Shown here: positions 1 through 11,500 of the stretch, piece by piece
How positions within the stretch are numbered: position 1 is the first letter of the stretch
Layout: each line of letters opens with the position of its first letter
Source of the DNA: Thraustochytrium aureum
Taxonomy: Eukaryota
Reading direction: 5' to 3'
Assembly: GCA_012862495.1 (NCBI GenBank)
Contig: BLSG01000092.1
Coordinates: 101,776 to 137,260 of the forward strand
DNA: 35,485 nucleotides
Notes under the pieces: generated by a model
Told to the model about the DNA's origin: nothing
Seen by the model: only the letters and a program-made list of their open reading frames with translations
Databases searched by the model: none
Translations under genes and position numbers: made by a program

Positions 1-2
1 TG

Positions 3-2066
3 GCCAAGCTGAAAGTGCTCGACGACCAAGTCCTCGGGCGCGGCGCGTTCGGCGAGGTGGTCGCTGGCTTGTACGACGGCAAGCACGTCGCGGTGAAGCG
101 CGTGCAGCCCACCAACAGCGTCGCCTTTTTCAGAGCCCAGGAGGACCTCTTGCTCGAGGCCGAGCGATGGCAGGCGCTGCAGCACGAGAGCATCGTGTGC
201 CTCTTTGGTACGGCCGTCGTGGACAACCGGCTCGCCCTCGTCATGGAGCGCTGCGACACGACGCTGTTCGATCTGCTGCACAGCGCGCAGCGCGAGATTG
301 CGCTAGAGGACAAGGACCTGCTCATGCGCGGGGTAAGCCGCGGCCTGGTGTACTTGCACGACAACAACATCATTCACCGCGACATCAAGTCGCTCAACGT
401 GCTGCTGAGCGCCGACCTCGGCAAGGTCAAGCTCGCTGACTTTGGGCTCGCCACGGTCAAGGACGAGCTCAGCAGCTTCGCGCAGACATCTGGCGGCGTC
501 AAAGGCTCGTGGCCGTACATGGCACCCGAGGTGCTTGACGACCCGCCAAAGTGGACAACTCGCGCCGACGTGTACGCCTTTGCGATCCTGTGCTGGGAGA
601 TCGTGCACCAGGTTTTGCCCTGGGAGGGGCAGTCCAGCCCCGTGTTCTTCCTAAAGCAGGTCCCCAAGGGCGCGCGGCCCGCGATTGACCCCAAGGTCCC
701 CATCAGAAAGTGGCACATCGACATGATCGAGGCGGCCTGGGAAACCGACTACAGGAAGCGGCCGTCAGCGGCTGAGACGTACAGGATCATCCAGTCCAAC
801 GTCGGGTCGACGCGGCGCTCCACCGATTCGCTCAAGAACCTCTTGAGCTTCCTGCCCAAACGATCGGCCGAGGCAAGCGACGAAACCAAACCAGTAGCCG
901 GGCCGCCGCCGCCGGAAAAGGCGGTCATGCCGAAGGCGCTGCCCAAGGATACGGCAGTGCCCAAGTCGCTGGGACGCAACGCGAGCGATGTCCTTGCATT
1001 CCTGCCGTACCTGGAACACTCAAAGACCTTCGACGAAGGTCTCGCGGTGCTCGTGCGGGCCATTGACGGGCAGCTCGCCCCAATCGCGGGCATCCCTGTC
1101 GCACTCAAAGAGTTGCGACACCTCGCTTTCGATATGGGCGTGCACCTCCAGGTCTTGCGGGGCATGAAAGACGGCGAGGGCGACCCGAAGCGCCAAGAAA
1201 TGGGACTCCGGTCGCTCGCGTACTTGTGCGCCACGGATTCCTTTTCCGAGAGCAGCGCGGCCCTCGAGTCGAAAGGTGCGGCGGAAGTCGCCTTGGCTGC
1301 CATGCGAACGCATTCAAAGCACGCCGGCGTCTGCAGGTGGGCCTGCGCGGTGCTCTTCGCTTTGGCCGTGAACGACGACGGCCAAATCAAGCTCATGCGC
1401 AAGGGTGCCGTTGACGCGATTCTCCAGACCATGACCGTGCACAAGACGGACCCGAGGGTCCAAGAGAACGCGTGCTGGGCGCTGTTTAACCTCGCGAGCA
1501 ACGCCGACAACCGACCCGCGATGGTCCGCGACGGGGCGGCGGACGCTGTGGTGCTCGCAATGAGCAGCCACGCGGCGGACGCCAGGCTCCAAGAAAAGGC
1601 CTGCGCGACGCTGTGGTTCCTTGCGTTGAAGAACGACGGCAACCAGAACGACCTGATGAGCAAGGGGGCCGCGGACGCGGTCTTGCGGGCTTTAGGCGAC
1701 CACGCGGCAGACGCGCGGGTCCAAGAGTACGGGTGCGCCGCGCTGGGCAGCCTTGCGTCCGAGAACGCCAGCAACCGGGCCACCTTGGTGAGCAATGGCG
1801 CTGCGGACGCGATTATGCGGGCCATGTCCGGCCACAAGTTGGACGCGCGTGTCCAAGAAAGCGCGTGCAGGGCGCTTCGAAAACTGGCTCTGGGCTCGGC
1901 AAACCTTCGAGCCCTGGGTGCTGACGCAGCAGCTCGCCAAGCCAAAGTGCGCCATTCGGAAGATGCGCAAGTCGTGCTCCAAGCCAACCGCCTTTTGGGC
2001 ATCAAGCCGAAGGTGCGCCAAGCTGGCCGCCCGGGTGACAAGCGAAAGGGCTGCGTCCTGCAGTAG
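3..2066 (+). CDS. TKL-family protein kinase with C-terminal armadillo-type repeats and CaaX box (5'-partial)
   Basis: Kinase motifs GRGAFG, VAVK, HRDIKSLN, DFG and APE. About six ~43-aa ARM-like repeats follow (e.g. GAADAVVLAMSSHAADARLQEKACATLWFLA). Ends KRKGCVLQ*. The frame is open to the window edge, so the true start lies upstream. Confidence 0.9.
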   Translation, partial: AKLKVLDDQVLGRGAFGEVVAGLYDGKHVAVKRVQPTNSVAFFRAQEDLLLEAERWQALQHESIVCLFGTAVVDNRLALVMERCDTTLFDLLHSAQREIALEDKDLLMRGVSRGLVYLHDNNIIHRDIKSLNVLLSADLGKVKLADFGLATVKDELSSFAQTSGGVKGSWPYMAPEVLDDPPKWTTRADVYAFAILCWEIVHQVLPWEGQSSPVFFLKQVPKGARPAIDPKVPIRKWHIDMIEAAWETDYRKRPSAAETYRIIQSNVGSTRRSTDSLKNLLSFLPKRSAEASDETKPVAGPPPPEKAVMPKALPKDTAVPKSLGRNASDVLAFLPYLEHSKTFDEGLAVLVRAIDGQLAPIAGIPVALKELRHLAFDMGVHLQVLRGMKDGEGDPKRQEMGLRSLAYLCATDSFSESSAALESKGAAEVALAAMRTHSKHAGVCRWACAVLFALAVNDDGQIKLMRKGAVDAILQTMTVHKTDPRVQENACWALFNLASNADNRPAMVRDGAADAVVLAMSSHAADARLQEKACATLWFLALKNDGNQNDLMSKGAADAVLRALGDHAADARVQEYGCAALGSLASENASNRATLVSNGAADAIMRAMSGHKLDARVQESACRALRKLALGSANLRALGADAAARQAKVRHSEDAQVVLQANRLLGIKPKVRQAGRPGDKRKGCVLQ

Positions 2067-3045
2067 TCGGCCGACGCTCTCGTAGTGCTCGGCCTGGAAA
2101 CCGGCGCAGGCCACGGCAAAGCGAGCTTCCGGCCGGGATCCAGGCAACGCGCAAACTCTTTGAAGGCTAAAATATACACGAGGCTGTTTCTGGTCCTGCT
2201 CTTGTCTTGCAGGACATGCTGTGCATGTGCCTTGTGTTTTTGACTGAACGCCTTGCATACGAAAACTGTTTTTGTTTTAAATTCACAACTTCGGGGGCGC
2301 TCGCTCTTGCAAGGCTCGCGCCTCCAGCAAGCACTTGGTAGCTNNNNNNNNNNNNNNNNNNNNNNNNNNNNNNNNNNNNNNNNNNNNNNNNNNNNNNNNN
2401 NNNNNNNNNNNNNNNNNNNNNNNNNNNNNNNNNNNNNNNNNNNNNNNNNNNNNNNNNNNNNNNNNNNNNNNNNNNNNNNNNNNNNNNNNNNNNNNNNNNN
2501 NNNNNNNNNNNNNNNNNNNNNNNNNNNNNNNNNNNNNNNNNNNNNNNNNNNNNNNNNNNNNNNNNNNNNNNNNNNNNNNNNNNNNNNNNNNNNNNNNNNN
2601 NNNNNNNNNNNNNNNNNNNNNNNNNNNNNNNNNNNNNNNNNNNNNNNNNNNNNNNNNNNNNNNNNNNNNNNNNNNNNNNNNNNNNNNNNNNNNNNNNNNN
2701 NNNNNNNNNNNNNNNNNNNNNNNNNNNNNNNNNNNNNNNNNNNNNNNNNNNNNNNNNNNNNNNNNNNNNNNNNNNNNNNNNNNNNNNNNNNNNNNNNNNN
2801 NNNNNNNNNNNNNNNNNNNNNNNNNNNNNNNNNNNNNNNNNNNNNNNNNNNNNNNNNNNNNNNNNNNNNNNNNNNNNNNNNNNNNNNNNNNNNNNNNNNN
2901 NNNNNNNNNNNNNNNNNNNNNNNNNNNNNNNNNNNNNNNNNNNNNNNNNNNNNNNNNNNCTCCGCATTCGCTCATTTCACAGTCATACAAGGTGAATTAG
3001 AGTAGAGTACATTCGTTCATTCATCGACTGCTCCACGTCACACAG

Positions 3046-3402
3046 TGCCCTCTGTTGTACTCCGATGAGGCCAAAACCACCTGCAGCAGGTGTTTAGCGG
3101 GTGATTTACTGACCCTCTATTACTGTGACGTATAAGCATTTCGCGCGGGGTGTGTAAAGTAGAGGGGACGCGCTATTCGCTACGAGGAAAGGCACAAAGA
3201 CCCTCTATTCATTTGATGTACATGAGAACTGCACGTTGTGCGTAAAGTAGAGGGTCCGCGCGCTATTTGTACTACTGCCTTGCTGAAACAATTCATAGCC
3301 AAGTATAGAGGGTCAAGCACGGATTCTACAACCATAAACAGAGGGCCGATCTCAGGCAAACGAGTTTAGGGGTCAAGGGCGGGTCAAGGGCGGGTTAGGT
3401 TA
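3046..3402. repeat. Cluster of short dispersed direct and inverted repeats (AGAGGG/CCCTCT core) in lower-GC DNA
   Basis: GACCCTCTATT at ~3111 and ~3199. GTAAAGTAGAGGG..CGCGCTATT at ~3154 and ~3242. AGAGAGGGTCAA at ~3307. (GGGTCAAGGGC)x2 then GGGTTAGGTTAG at ~3370-3403. Confidence 0.55.
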
Positions 3403-3437
3403 GCGCCGGAGGCAGAGAGCCGTTGAGATCGGACGAC

Positions 3438-3490
3438 GCAATGCATGCAAAGCGATGCGATGCAATGCGATGCGATGCGAAGCGATGCAA
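3438..3490. repeat. Imperfect (GCGAT/GCAAT)n microsatellite
   Basis: gcaatgcatgcaaagcgatgcgatgcaatgcgatgcgatgcgaagcgatgcaa. Confidence 0.8.
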
Positions 3491-3540
3491 CTGGAGGAAG
3501 GAGGGAGGGAGGAATGGGGAATGAGGAAGGAGCGGCGTGA

Positions 3541-3568
3541 GTTGTTGTTGTTGTTGTTGTTGTTGTTG
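3541..3568. repeat. (GTT)n microsatellite
   Basis: About nine perfect GTT units. Confidence 0.95.
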
Positions 3569-4618
3569 TGCCCATGCGCCTTGAGGCGAGCGAGGGCTGG
3601 CTCGTGGTCGAGCTCGCGCTCGTGGTCGAGGTGCTCGCGGTGCCGTTTTTGGCTCTCGCGCTCGCGTGGAAGCGGCCCATCGAGCGGCTCGCGGCTCGGA
3701 TTCGCCGGGTCTGACTGGCTGGCTCGCTGGCTGGCTCGCTCGCTCGCTCGCGCGACGCAGCTACTCACCGACGTGCTCCTGCGCGGGTGCTGGCAGTGCT
3801 GGTTTCGGGGTTGAACGCATTAGGGGCAGATACGCGCTGGGCCGCCGGGTTGTCGAGGCTGCGCGTGGCGCCGGCGCGGACGTGCTGGTGGAATTGATGN
3901 NNNNNNNNNNNNNNNNNNNNNNNNNNNNNNNNNNNNNNNNNNNNNNNNNNNNNNNNNNNNNNNNNNNNNNNNNNNNNNNNNNNNNNNNNNNNNNNNNNNN
4001 NNNNNNNNNNNNNNNNNNNNNNNNNNNNNNNNNNNNNNNNNNNNNNNNNNNNNNNNNNNNNNNNNNNNNNNNNNNNNNNNNNNNNNNNNNNNNNNNNNNN
4101 NNNNNNNNNNNNNNNNNNNNNNNNNNNNNNNNNNNNNNNNNNNNNNNNNNNNNNNNNNNNNNNNNNNNNNNNNNNNNNNNNNNNNNNNNNNNNNNNNNNN
4201 NNNNNNNNNNNNNNNNNNNNNNNNNNNNNNNNNNNNNNNNNNNNNNNNNNNNNNNNNNNNNNNNNNNNNNNNNNNNNNNNNNNNNNNNNNNNNNNNNNNN
4301 NNNNNNNNNNNNNNNNNNNNNNNNNNNNNNNNNNNNNNNNNNNNNNNNNNNNNNNNNNNNNNNNNNNNNNNNNNNNNNNNNNNNNNNNNNNNNNNNNNNN
4401 NNNNNNNNNNNNNNNNNNNNNNNNNNNNNNNNNNNNNNNNNNNNNNNNNNNNNNNNNNNNNNNNNNNNNNNNNNNNNNNNNNNNNNNNNNNNNNNNNNNN
4501 NNNNNNNNNNNNNNNNNNNNNNNNNNNNNNNNNNNNNNNNNNNNNNNNNNNNNNNNNNNNNNNNNNNNNNNNNNNNNNNNNNNNNNNNNNNNNNNNNNNN
4601 NNNNNNNNNNNNNNNNNN

Positions 4619-5790
4619 GCCAACAAGCAGGTCGCCCGCATGCGCGAGCGCAAGGCGGCGCGAGCTCGCGGCCCTGGCCATCCAGCGCCAGTTGCGCATG
4701 CGCTTGCGCGCAAGCGCGTCAGGGCACGCCGCGTGCAAGTCGCCAAGCAGCGCGAGCGCGAAGAGGCGGTCGCGCTCCGCCTCCAAGCCGTGTACCGCGG
4801 ACACCGAGGCCGCATTGTCTTTATGCTCAAGCTCCAGGCCAAGTACGCCAAGCTGGAGCAGGAGGCGCAGCACATCAACAAAATCCAGGCCGCCTACCGC
4901 GGCAAGCTCGGCCGCCAGCGCGCAGCGCAGCGCCGCAAAGAGTACTTTGGCGAGCTCTGCTCCTGGGCGCGCGCCTGGACCGAGACCTTTGACGACGACT
5001 CGCAGCAGTGGGTCTTCTTCAACGCCTACACGCAGCAGCTGCAGCACGAGCCCCCGGCGGACGGATACACCAAGCGCGACGGCATGCTGGCGCTGCTCGA
5101 CGGCCGCGTCGTTGAAGACCCGCTCGTTGCCGAGCGCCGCGAGCGCGAAAAGCACCTCCTCAAGTGCGTCGAGTGCGAAGGGCCGCGGCGACCCGCAAGT
5201 GCGCAGAGTGCGACGACATCTTCTGCGACAGCTGCTATGACGCTATCCACCTCAAGGGCAAGCTGGCGGCGCACAGCTTTGAGTGGTACCAAGACGGCGC
5301 GCCGCAGCCAGACCCAGCCGAACAGGTCGCGCACGCCGCTCCATCCTGGGACGCGTCTGCCTCACACACAGATTACACTGCTAGTACCGCGTCGAGTGCG
5401 GCACTCGCGGAGGGCTGGGTTGAGCTCTTCGACAACGAGCACCAGCGCCCGTACTGGTTCAACGCCTCGACGCAGGAGACGCAGTGGGAGCCACCACTGG
5501 GCGACGCTGGCGCAGACCCGAACCCTCTCCTGGGCGGCGGGGCGGATGACCGCGAGTATGAAGAGCACTGGGCGGGCGATTCAAGGTACTTTGTGCATCG
5601 CAAGACTCGCATGTCGGTCTGGGAGGTGCCCGTCGACGCCATTGTCGTCGCGCCGCACCTTGAGCCGGTGCTATCAGAGCCCTCGGCTGGGGAGAGCGAG
5701 TGGCAAGAGTTTTTCGACGACGCTGGCACACCGTACTACTACAATGCACTTACGGGGGAGACGGCCTGGGAGCCGCCCTTCTCTAGCTAG
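4619..5790 (+). CDS. IQ-motif / B-box zinc finger / WW-domain protein (5' part in gap, apparent frameshifts)
   Basis: IQ motifs AIQRQLRMRL(A)RK, LQAVYRGHRGR and IQAAYRGKLGR. A WW-like segment, then a B-box CVECE..AATRKCAECDDIFCDSCYDAIH..H joined across a 1-nt shift at ~5180. C-terminal WW domains GWVELFD..YWFN..TQWEPP and WQEFFD..YYYN..TAWEPP. Confidence 0.8.
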
Positions 5791-5896
5791 CTAGCGAGCG
5801 AGCTGGCAGTAGCTACACGGATTGTGCGTTGTCTGACAGTGAGTCTGGCTCTGGATCAAGATACCGAAATCCAACCACCCTGCCTTCCTCCCTGCC

Positions 5897-6979
5897 TCAG
5901 CTGCCGCCTTCGCCCTCTGGCGCAGCACCCTGCTGCGGCTCAGCCGCGCGCGCCTTTGCCTTGGGTCGCACCTCGGACTCCTTGAGCGGCCGAACAGCCA
6001 AAAAGTTGCGCGCCTCGCGTTCCGGTTGAGGGCCCTCCTCAAACGTGTATGAAACGGCCACCAATAGGCGAGTGCCGTCGGCCGAGAAGTCGATAGAGGA
6101 AACAGAGTTGCCAAACCCTTTGAAAATGGCGGTGCGCCGGTGATTGATGTGGTCCCACACGCACACCGTCGCGTCGCAGCCCCCCGTCGCAAACGTGCCG
6201 TGCACCGGGTGAAACGCGAGGGCGTTCACGGGGTAGATTGCAGTCGCAGACCGGTGGCACTTGAACTTGAAGGGGGTGCGCCGCGCGGCTGCGGGCTCCT
6301 CGCCCGCACCCCGGGGCGCCTCAAAGTAGTCCACCACAACGCGGCCAGCGATGCAGCCAAGCGCGTACCCGGCTCCGTCGGGCGTGAAGCGCACGGCCCT
6401 GGTCTGGTACTGGAGCGAAGAGTCGCGCTCCTCGAGCGGCTTGGACATGTCGCGCACGTCGTACAAGCGCAGCGTGCGCCCGGCGTGCGCGACCAGTATC
6501 TGCCCCGTGTTGTCGCACGCGTCCATCGCAAAAACCTTGTTGGGCTCTGTCGTGGTTGCAGTGGCCCCGTCGCCGACGCGCGGGTCCCAGGTCTTGACAG
6601 CGGCGTCCCAGCCACCGGACACGACGATGCCGCGCTCCGCAAGGAACGCGACGCACCGGACAGCGTCGTTGTGGGTCCCCAGCGGCGCCGTGGTGATGCC
6701 CGCGCCCAGGTCCTGGTAGTGAACAGCGCGGTCCAACCCGCCGCTCACGCCGCGCACCTCTGCGCCCCCGACGCGCCCAAAGCAGCACGTCAGGGCCGCC
6801 GCTGCGTGGTGGTAGCTCCTGAGCGTTGCGCCCGCGTCGCAGTCCACCAAGCTCACGCCGCCGTCCCAGCAGCTCACCAGCGCTTTGCCCGAGTGTTCCC
6901 CATGCGGCTCTGGGGCGGCTCGAGCGCAGGACACGGCCTCGCCAAACGCGACCCGCGTCTCGCCGCCTGGGGCGTCCAT
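5897..6979 (-). CDS. BUB3: Mitotic checkpoint WD40 protein Bub3
   Basis: WD40 protein with SSLQYQTR, GRVVVDYF, FKFKCHR, YPVNALAFHPVHGTFATGG and SYTFEEG. These match Bub3 rather than the Rae1 YDWSKG signature. Likely ATG at 6979 gives ~360 aa. Confidence 0.88.
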   Translation of the reverse strand: MDAPGGETRVAFGEAVSCARAAPEPHGEHSGKALVSCWDGGVSLVDCDAGATLRSYHHAAAALTCCFGRVGGAEVRGVSGGLDRAVHYQDLGAGITTAPLGTHNDAVRCVAFLAERGIVVSGGWDAAVKTWDPRVGDGATATTTEPNKVFAMDACDNTGQILVAHAGRTLRLYDVRDMSKPLEERDSSLQYQTRAVRFTPDGAGYALGCIAGRVVVDYFEAPRGAGEEPAAARRTPFKFKCHRSATAIYPVNALAFHPVHGTFATGGCDATVCVWDHINHRRTAIFKGFGNSVSSIDFSADGTRLLVAVSYTFEEGPQPEREARNFLAVRPLKESEVRPKAKARAAEPQQGAAPEGEGGS

Positions 6980-7245
6980 CCCGTCGCCCGTCGCGAGGAG
7001 GAGCTCTGGCTGATCCGAAACGCGTGTTCCAGCGCCCCGAGCGCGGCCGAGCGAGCCAGCCCGCAAACCACCAGTCTTACAACCGAAAGCCGCCAGATCC
7101 CTCCCCTCCGGCGCCCAACTCCAGCAGCGCCGGGACCGCGGCCTCGAATGCGATCTGCTGCTCCTCGCCGGCCTCCTCGACCTCCGAGTCGCTCGCACTC
7201 GTCCTCTCCGGTGGTCCAAAATCATGAAACGAAGTCATCTTTGTT

Positions 7246-7347
7246 CGTCCTCGTCGACAGAATCCTTCGTTGTACGTCATCATCAAGAGAATCCTTCGTT
7301 ATTCGTCCTCATCGACAGAATCCTTCGTTGTACGTCATCGTAAAGAA
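7246..7347. repeat. 29-bp minisatellite, ~3.5 copies in A-B-A-B' order
   Basis: cgtcctcgtcgacagaatccttcgttgta / cgtcatcatcaagagaatccttcgttatt / cgtcctcatcgacagaatccttcgttgta / cgtcatcgtaaagaa. Confidence 0.85.
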
Positions 7348-8544
7348 CCTACTCTTTGTTCCTCGTACACTGTTTACCAGCCGAATCGCGAAACGGTTCT
7401 ATTTGTTCTTCAGAAAAGCTCCACGACGTACTGATCGTTGTTCTCGTGGAACAGGGCGAACAGGGCAAGGGTGAAACCAAACAACTTGGAGCGGCGGCGG
7501 CGGCGAGGCAGAACCCCATCGCGACGCGGCGGGCGGGCGGGCAGGCGGGCGGGCACGCGGGAGGGCACGCGGGAGGGCGCGCAGGAGCGAGGTCGGCTGC
7601 TGCTCTGGTCTCGTCGCTCGGCTCGCGCTTGCTTGCTTGCTTGGGGTGCGCCGTGCTTCCTNNNNNNNNNNNNNNNNNNNNNNNNNNNNNNNNNNNNNNN
7701 NNNNNNNNNNNNNNNNNNNNNNNNNNNNNNNNNNNNNNNNNNNNNNNNNNNNNNNNNNNNNNNNNNNNNNNNNNNNNNNNNNNNNNNNNNNNNNNNNNNN
7801 NNNNNNNNNNNNNNNNNNNNNNNNNNNNNNNNNNNNNNNNNNNNNNNNNNNNNNNNNNNNNNNNNNNNNNNNNNNNNNNNNNNNNNNNNNNNNNNNNNNN
7901 NNNNNNNNNNNNNNNNNNNNNNNNNNNNNNNNNNNNNNNNNNNNNNNNNNNNNNNNNNNNNNNNNNNNNNNNNNNNNNNNNNNNNNNNNNNNNNNNNNNN
8001 NNNNNNNNNNNNNNNNNNNNNNNNNNNNNNNNNNNNNNNNNNNNNNNNNNNNNNNNNNNNNNNNNNNNNNNNNNNNNNNNNNNNNNNNNNNNNNNNNNNN
8101 NNNNNNNNNNNNNNNNNNNNNNNNNNNNNNNNNNNNNNNNNNNNNNNNNNNNNNNNNNNNNNNNNNNNNNNNNNNNNNNNNNNNNNNNNNNNNNNNNNNN
8201 NNNNNNNNNNNNNNNNNNNNNNNNNNNNNNNNNNNNNNNNNNNNNNNNNNNNNNNNNNNNNNNNNNNNNNNNNNNNNNNNNNNNNNNNNNNNNNNNNNNN
8301 NNNNNNNNNNNNNNNNNNNNNNNNNNNNNNNNNNNNNNNNNNNNNNNNNNNNNNNNNNNNNNNNNNNNNNNNNNNNNNNNNNNNNNNNNNNNNNNNNNNN
8401 NNNNNNNNNNNNNNNNNNNNNNNNNNNNNNNNNNNNNNNNNNNNNNNNNNNNNNNNNNNNNNNNNNNNNNNNNNNNNNNNNNNNNNNNNNNNNNNNNNNN
8501 NNNNNNNNNNNNNNNNNNNNNNNNNNNNNNNNNNNNNNNNNNNN

Positions 8545-11500
8545 GAAGACGGCGGCGACGACGATGACGACGGCAGCGGCGGCAGCTTTGCACTCCCAGG
8601 GGACGCGGAGCCCGCCCTCCTGGCGGACGTCCCGCTCTCGACAGAGTCGACCCAGAACGGGCTGCTTCTTCTGTGGGCTCCAGAACCGTTCAATAAGCGT
8701 TCAGGGGTGACGCGCAGGTGCTTGGACGTGCCCCTGGTTGGCGCCTGGTTCAAGGAGCAATGCCCCAGCGACCTGCCGGTCAAAGTTCGCGTGAGTTACC
8801 AAAAATTGCTCAAAGGGTTTGTGCTCAACCAGCTCCACGCGAAAAAGGGCGAGTCCTCGCAAACCAAGCGGAGCCTTCTCCAGAGCCTCAAAGCGACAAA
8901 GTTCTTTCAGTGCACCGAAATCGACTGGGTCGAGGCCGGCCTCCAAGTGTGCAGGCAGGGGTTCAACATGCTCCAGCTGCTGATCCACAGGAAAAACCTC
9001 GACTTTCTACACCTGGACTACAACTTTAACCTGAAACCGACCAAGACACTGACGACCAAGGAGCGGAAAAAGTCGCGGTTCGGGAACGCGTTCCACCTGC
9101 TCCGCGAGATCCTCCGCCTCACCAAGCTCATCGTGGACGCACACGTCCAATACCGGCTCGGGAACGTCGACATGTTCCAGCTGGCGGACGGGCTCCAGTA
9201 CGCTTTTGCGCACGTCGGCCAGCTGACCGGGATCTACCGGCACAAGTACCGCGCCATGGCCCACATCCGCCGCTGCAAGGACCTCAAGCACCTGATCTAC
9301 TATCGGTTCAACGCGGGCCCGGTGGGCAAGGGGCCCGGCTGCGGGTTCTGGGCGCCCGGGTGGCGCGTCTGGATGTTTTTCCTGCGCGGGATTGTGCCCA
9401 TCCTCGAGATGTGGCTCGGCAACCTTTTGGCCCGCAACTTTGAGGGGCGCCAGTCCCAGTTCGCCGCCAAGCGGGTCACCAAGCAGCGGGTCGAGTCGCA
9501 CTACGACCTACAGTTGCGGGCGGCGGTGGTGCGCGACATCCTCGACATGATGCCCGAGTCTGTGCGCGCGAACAAGACGCAGGCCGTGCTTGCCCACCTC
9601 AGCGAGGCGTGGCGCTGCTACAAGGCCAACGTGAGCTGGAAGGTCCCGGGATGCCGCAGCCCATCGAAAACCTCATCCTGCGGTACGTCAAGGCCAAGGC
9701 GGACTGGTGGGCCAACGTGACCCACTACAACCGCGAACGGATCAAGCGCGGCGCCACCGTGGACAAGACCGTTGTGATCAAAAACCTTGGCCGCCTCACG
9801 CGGCTGTGGCTCAAGGCCGAGCAGGAGCGCCAGCACAACTACCTCGCCGAAGGCCCCTACGTCTCGGCCGAGGAGGCCGTGGCCATCTACACCACGTGCG
9901 TGCACTGGCTAGAGTCGCGCAAGTTTAGCCACATCCCCTTCCCGCCGCTTTCGTACAAGCACGACACCAAGCTGCTCATCCTCGCGCTAGAGCGCTTCAA
10001 GGAGCGCTACACCTTTACGCTGCGCCTGACGGCGCGCGAGCGCGAGGAGCTCGCCCTGGTCGAGCAGGCCTACGACAACCCGCACGAGGCGCTGAGCCGC
10101 ATAAAGCGCCACCTGCTCACGCAGCGCGCGTTCAAGGAGGTCGACATTTCCTTCCTCGACCTCTACAGCCACCTCGTGCCCATCTACAAGGTGGAGCCCT
10201 TGGAAAAGCTCACGGACGCCTACCTCGACCAGTACCTCTGGTACGAGGCCGACAAGCGCCACCTGTTCCCGAACTGGGTCAAGCCCGCCGACTCGGAGCC
10301 GCCCCCGCTGCTCGTATACAAGTGGTGCCAAGGCGCAAACAACCTGCAGGACGTCTGGGCCACCGACCAGGGCCAGTGCGTGGTTATGCTCCAGTCCAAG
10401 CTAGACCGCGTCTACGAAAAAATCGACCTCACGCTGCTCAACCGCCTCCTGCGCCTCATCGTGGACCACAACATCGCCGACTACATCACCGCCAAGAACA
10501 ACGTTCTGCTCTGCTTTAAGGACATGAGCCACACCAACTCGCTCGGGATCGTCCGGGGGCTCAACTTTTCCTCGTTCGTGTTTCAGTTTTACGGGCTCGT
10601 CCTGGATCTGCTCATCCTCGGCCTCGGGCGCGCCTCCGAGCTGGCAGGGCCGCCACAAGTGCCCAACGAGTACCTCTGTTTCAAGGACGTCGCGACGGAG
10701 ACGGGGCACCCGATACGCATGTATACGCGGTACGTGGACAAGGTCTACATTCTGTTCCGGTTCGACCGCGAGGAGAGCCGCGACCTGATCCAGCGCTACC
10801 TCACCGAGCACCCGGACCCGAACACGAAAACGTGGTCGGCTACAACAACAAGCGGTGCTGGCCTCGCGACGCGCGCATGCGCCTCATGAAGCACGACGTC
10901 AACCTTGGCAGGGCGGCGTTCTGGAGCATCAAGAACCGCCTGCCGAGGGCGCTCACCACCGTCGAGTGGTCCGACTCGTTCGTCTCGGTCTACTCGAAGG
11001 ACAACCCCAACCTGCTGTTCAGCATGTGCGGGTTCGAGGTGCGCATCCTGCCAAAGTGCCGCGCCGCCGACGGCGGGCTCGCCGCGCTCAGGGACGGCGT
11101 GTGGTCGCTACAGAACGAGGAGACCAAGGAGCGAACAGCGCAAGCCTACTTGCGTGTCGAGCAGGAGGCCATGGACAGCTTTGAAAACCGGATTCGCCAG
11201 ATCCTCATGAGCTCGGGCAGCACCACGTTCACCAAGGTGGCCAACAAGTGGAACACGACGCTGATCTCGCTCATGGTCTACTACCGCGAGGCGGTCATCC
11301 ACACCCAGGAGCTCCTCGACCTCCTCGTCAGGTGCGAGAACAAGATCATGAACCGCATCAAAATGGGCCTCAACTCGAAGGCGCCCGAGCGCTTCCCGCC
11401 CGTCGTGTTCTTCTGCCCCAAAGAGCTCGGGGGCCTCGGCATGCTCTCCATGGGCAATATCCTCATCCCACAGGCTGACCTGCGCTTTGCCAACCAGACC

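Noticed and set aside
749..2179. Long antisense and overlapping ORFs (also 6140-7474, 25481-26464, 30846-32522)
   Set aside because: Shadow ORFs expected from GC-rich codon usage, with no recognisable domains. ORFs spanning N-runs are artefacts.
3366..3403. True telomeric array
   Set aside because: Only one or two imperfect TTAGG(G) units, internal to a gene-dense region.
6980..7225. N-terminal extension of BUB3 from the ATG at 7225
   Set aside because: Low-complexity Arg/Ser-rich sequence with no WD40 similarity. The ATG at 6979 gives a normal-length Bub3.
7246..7347. CRISPR-like array
   Set aside because: The units are contiguous with no unique spacers, there are no cas genes, and the context is eukaryotic.
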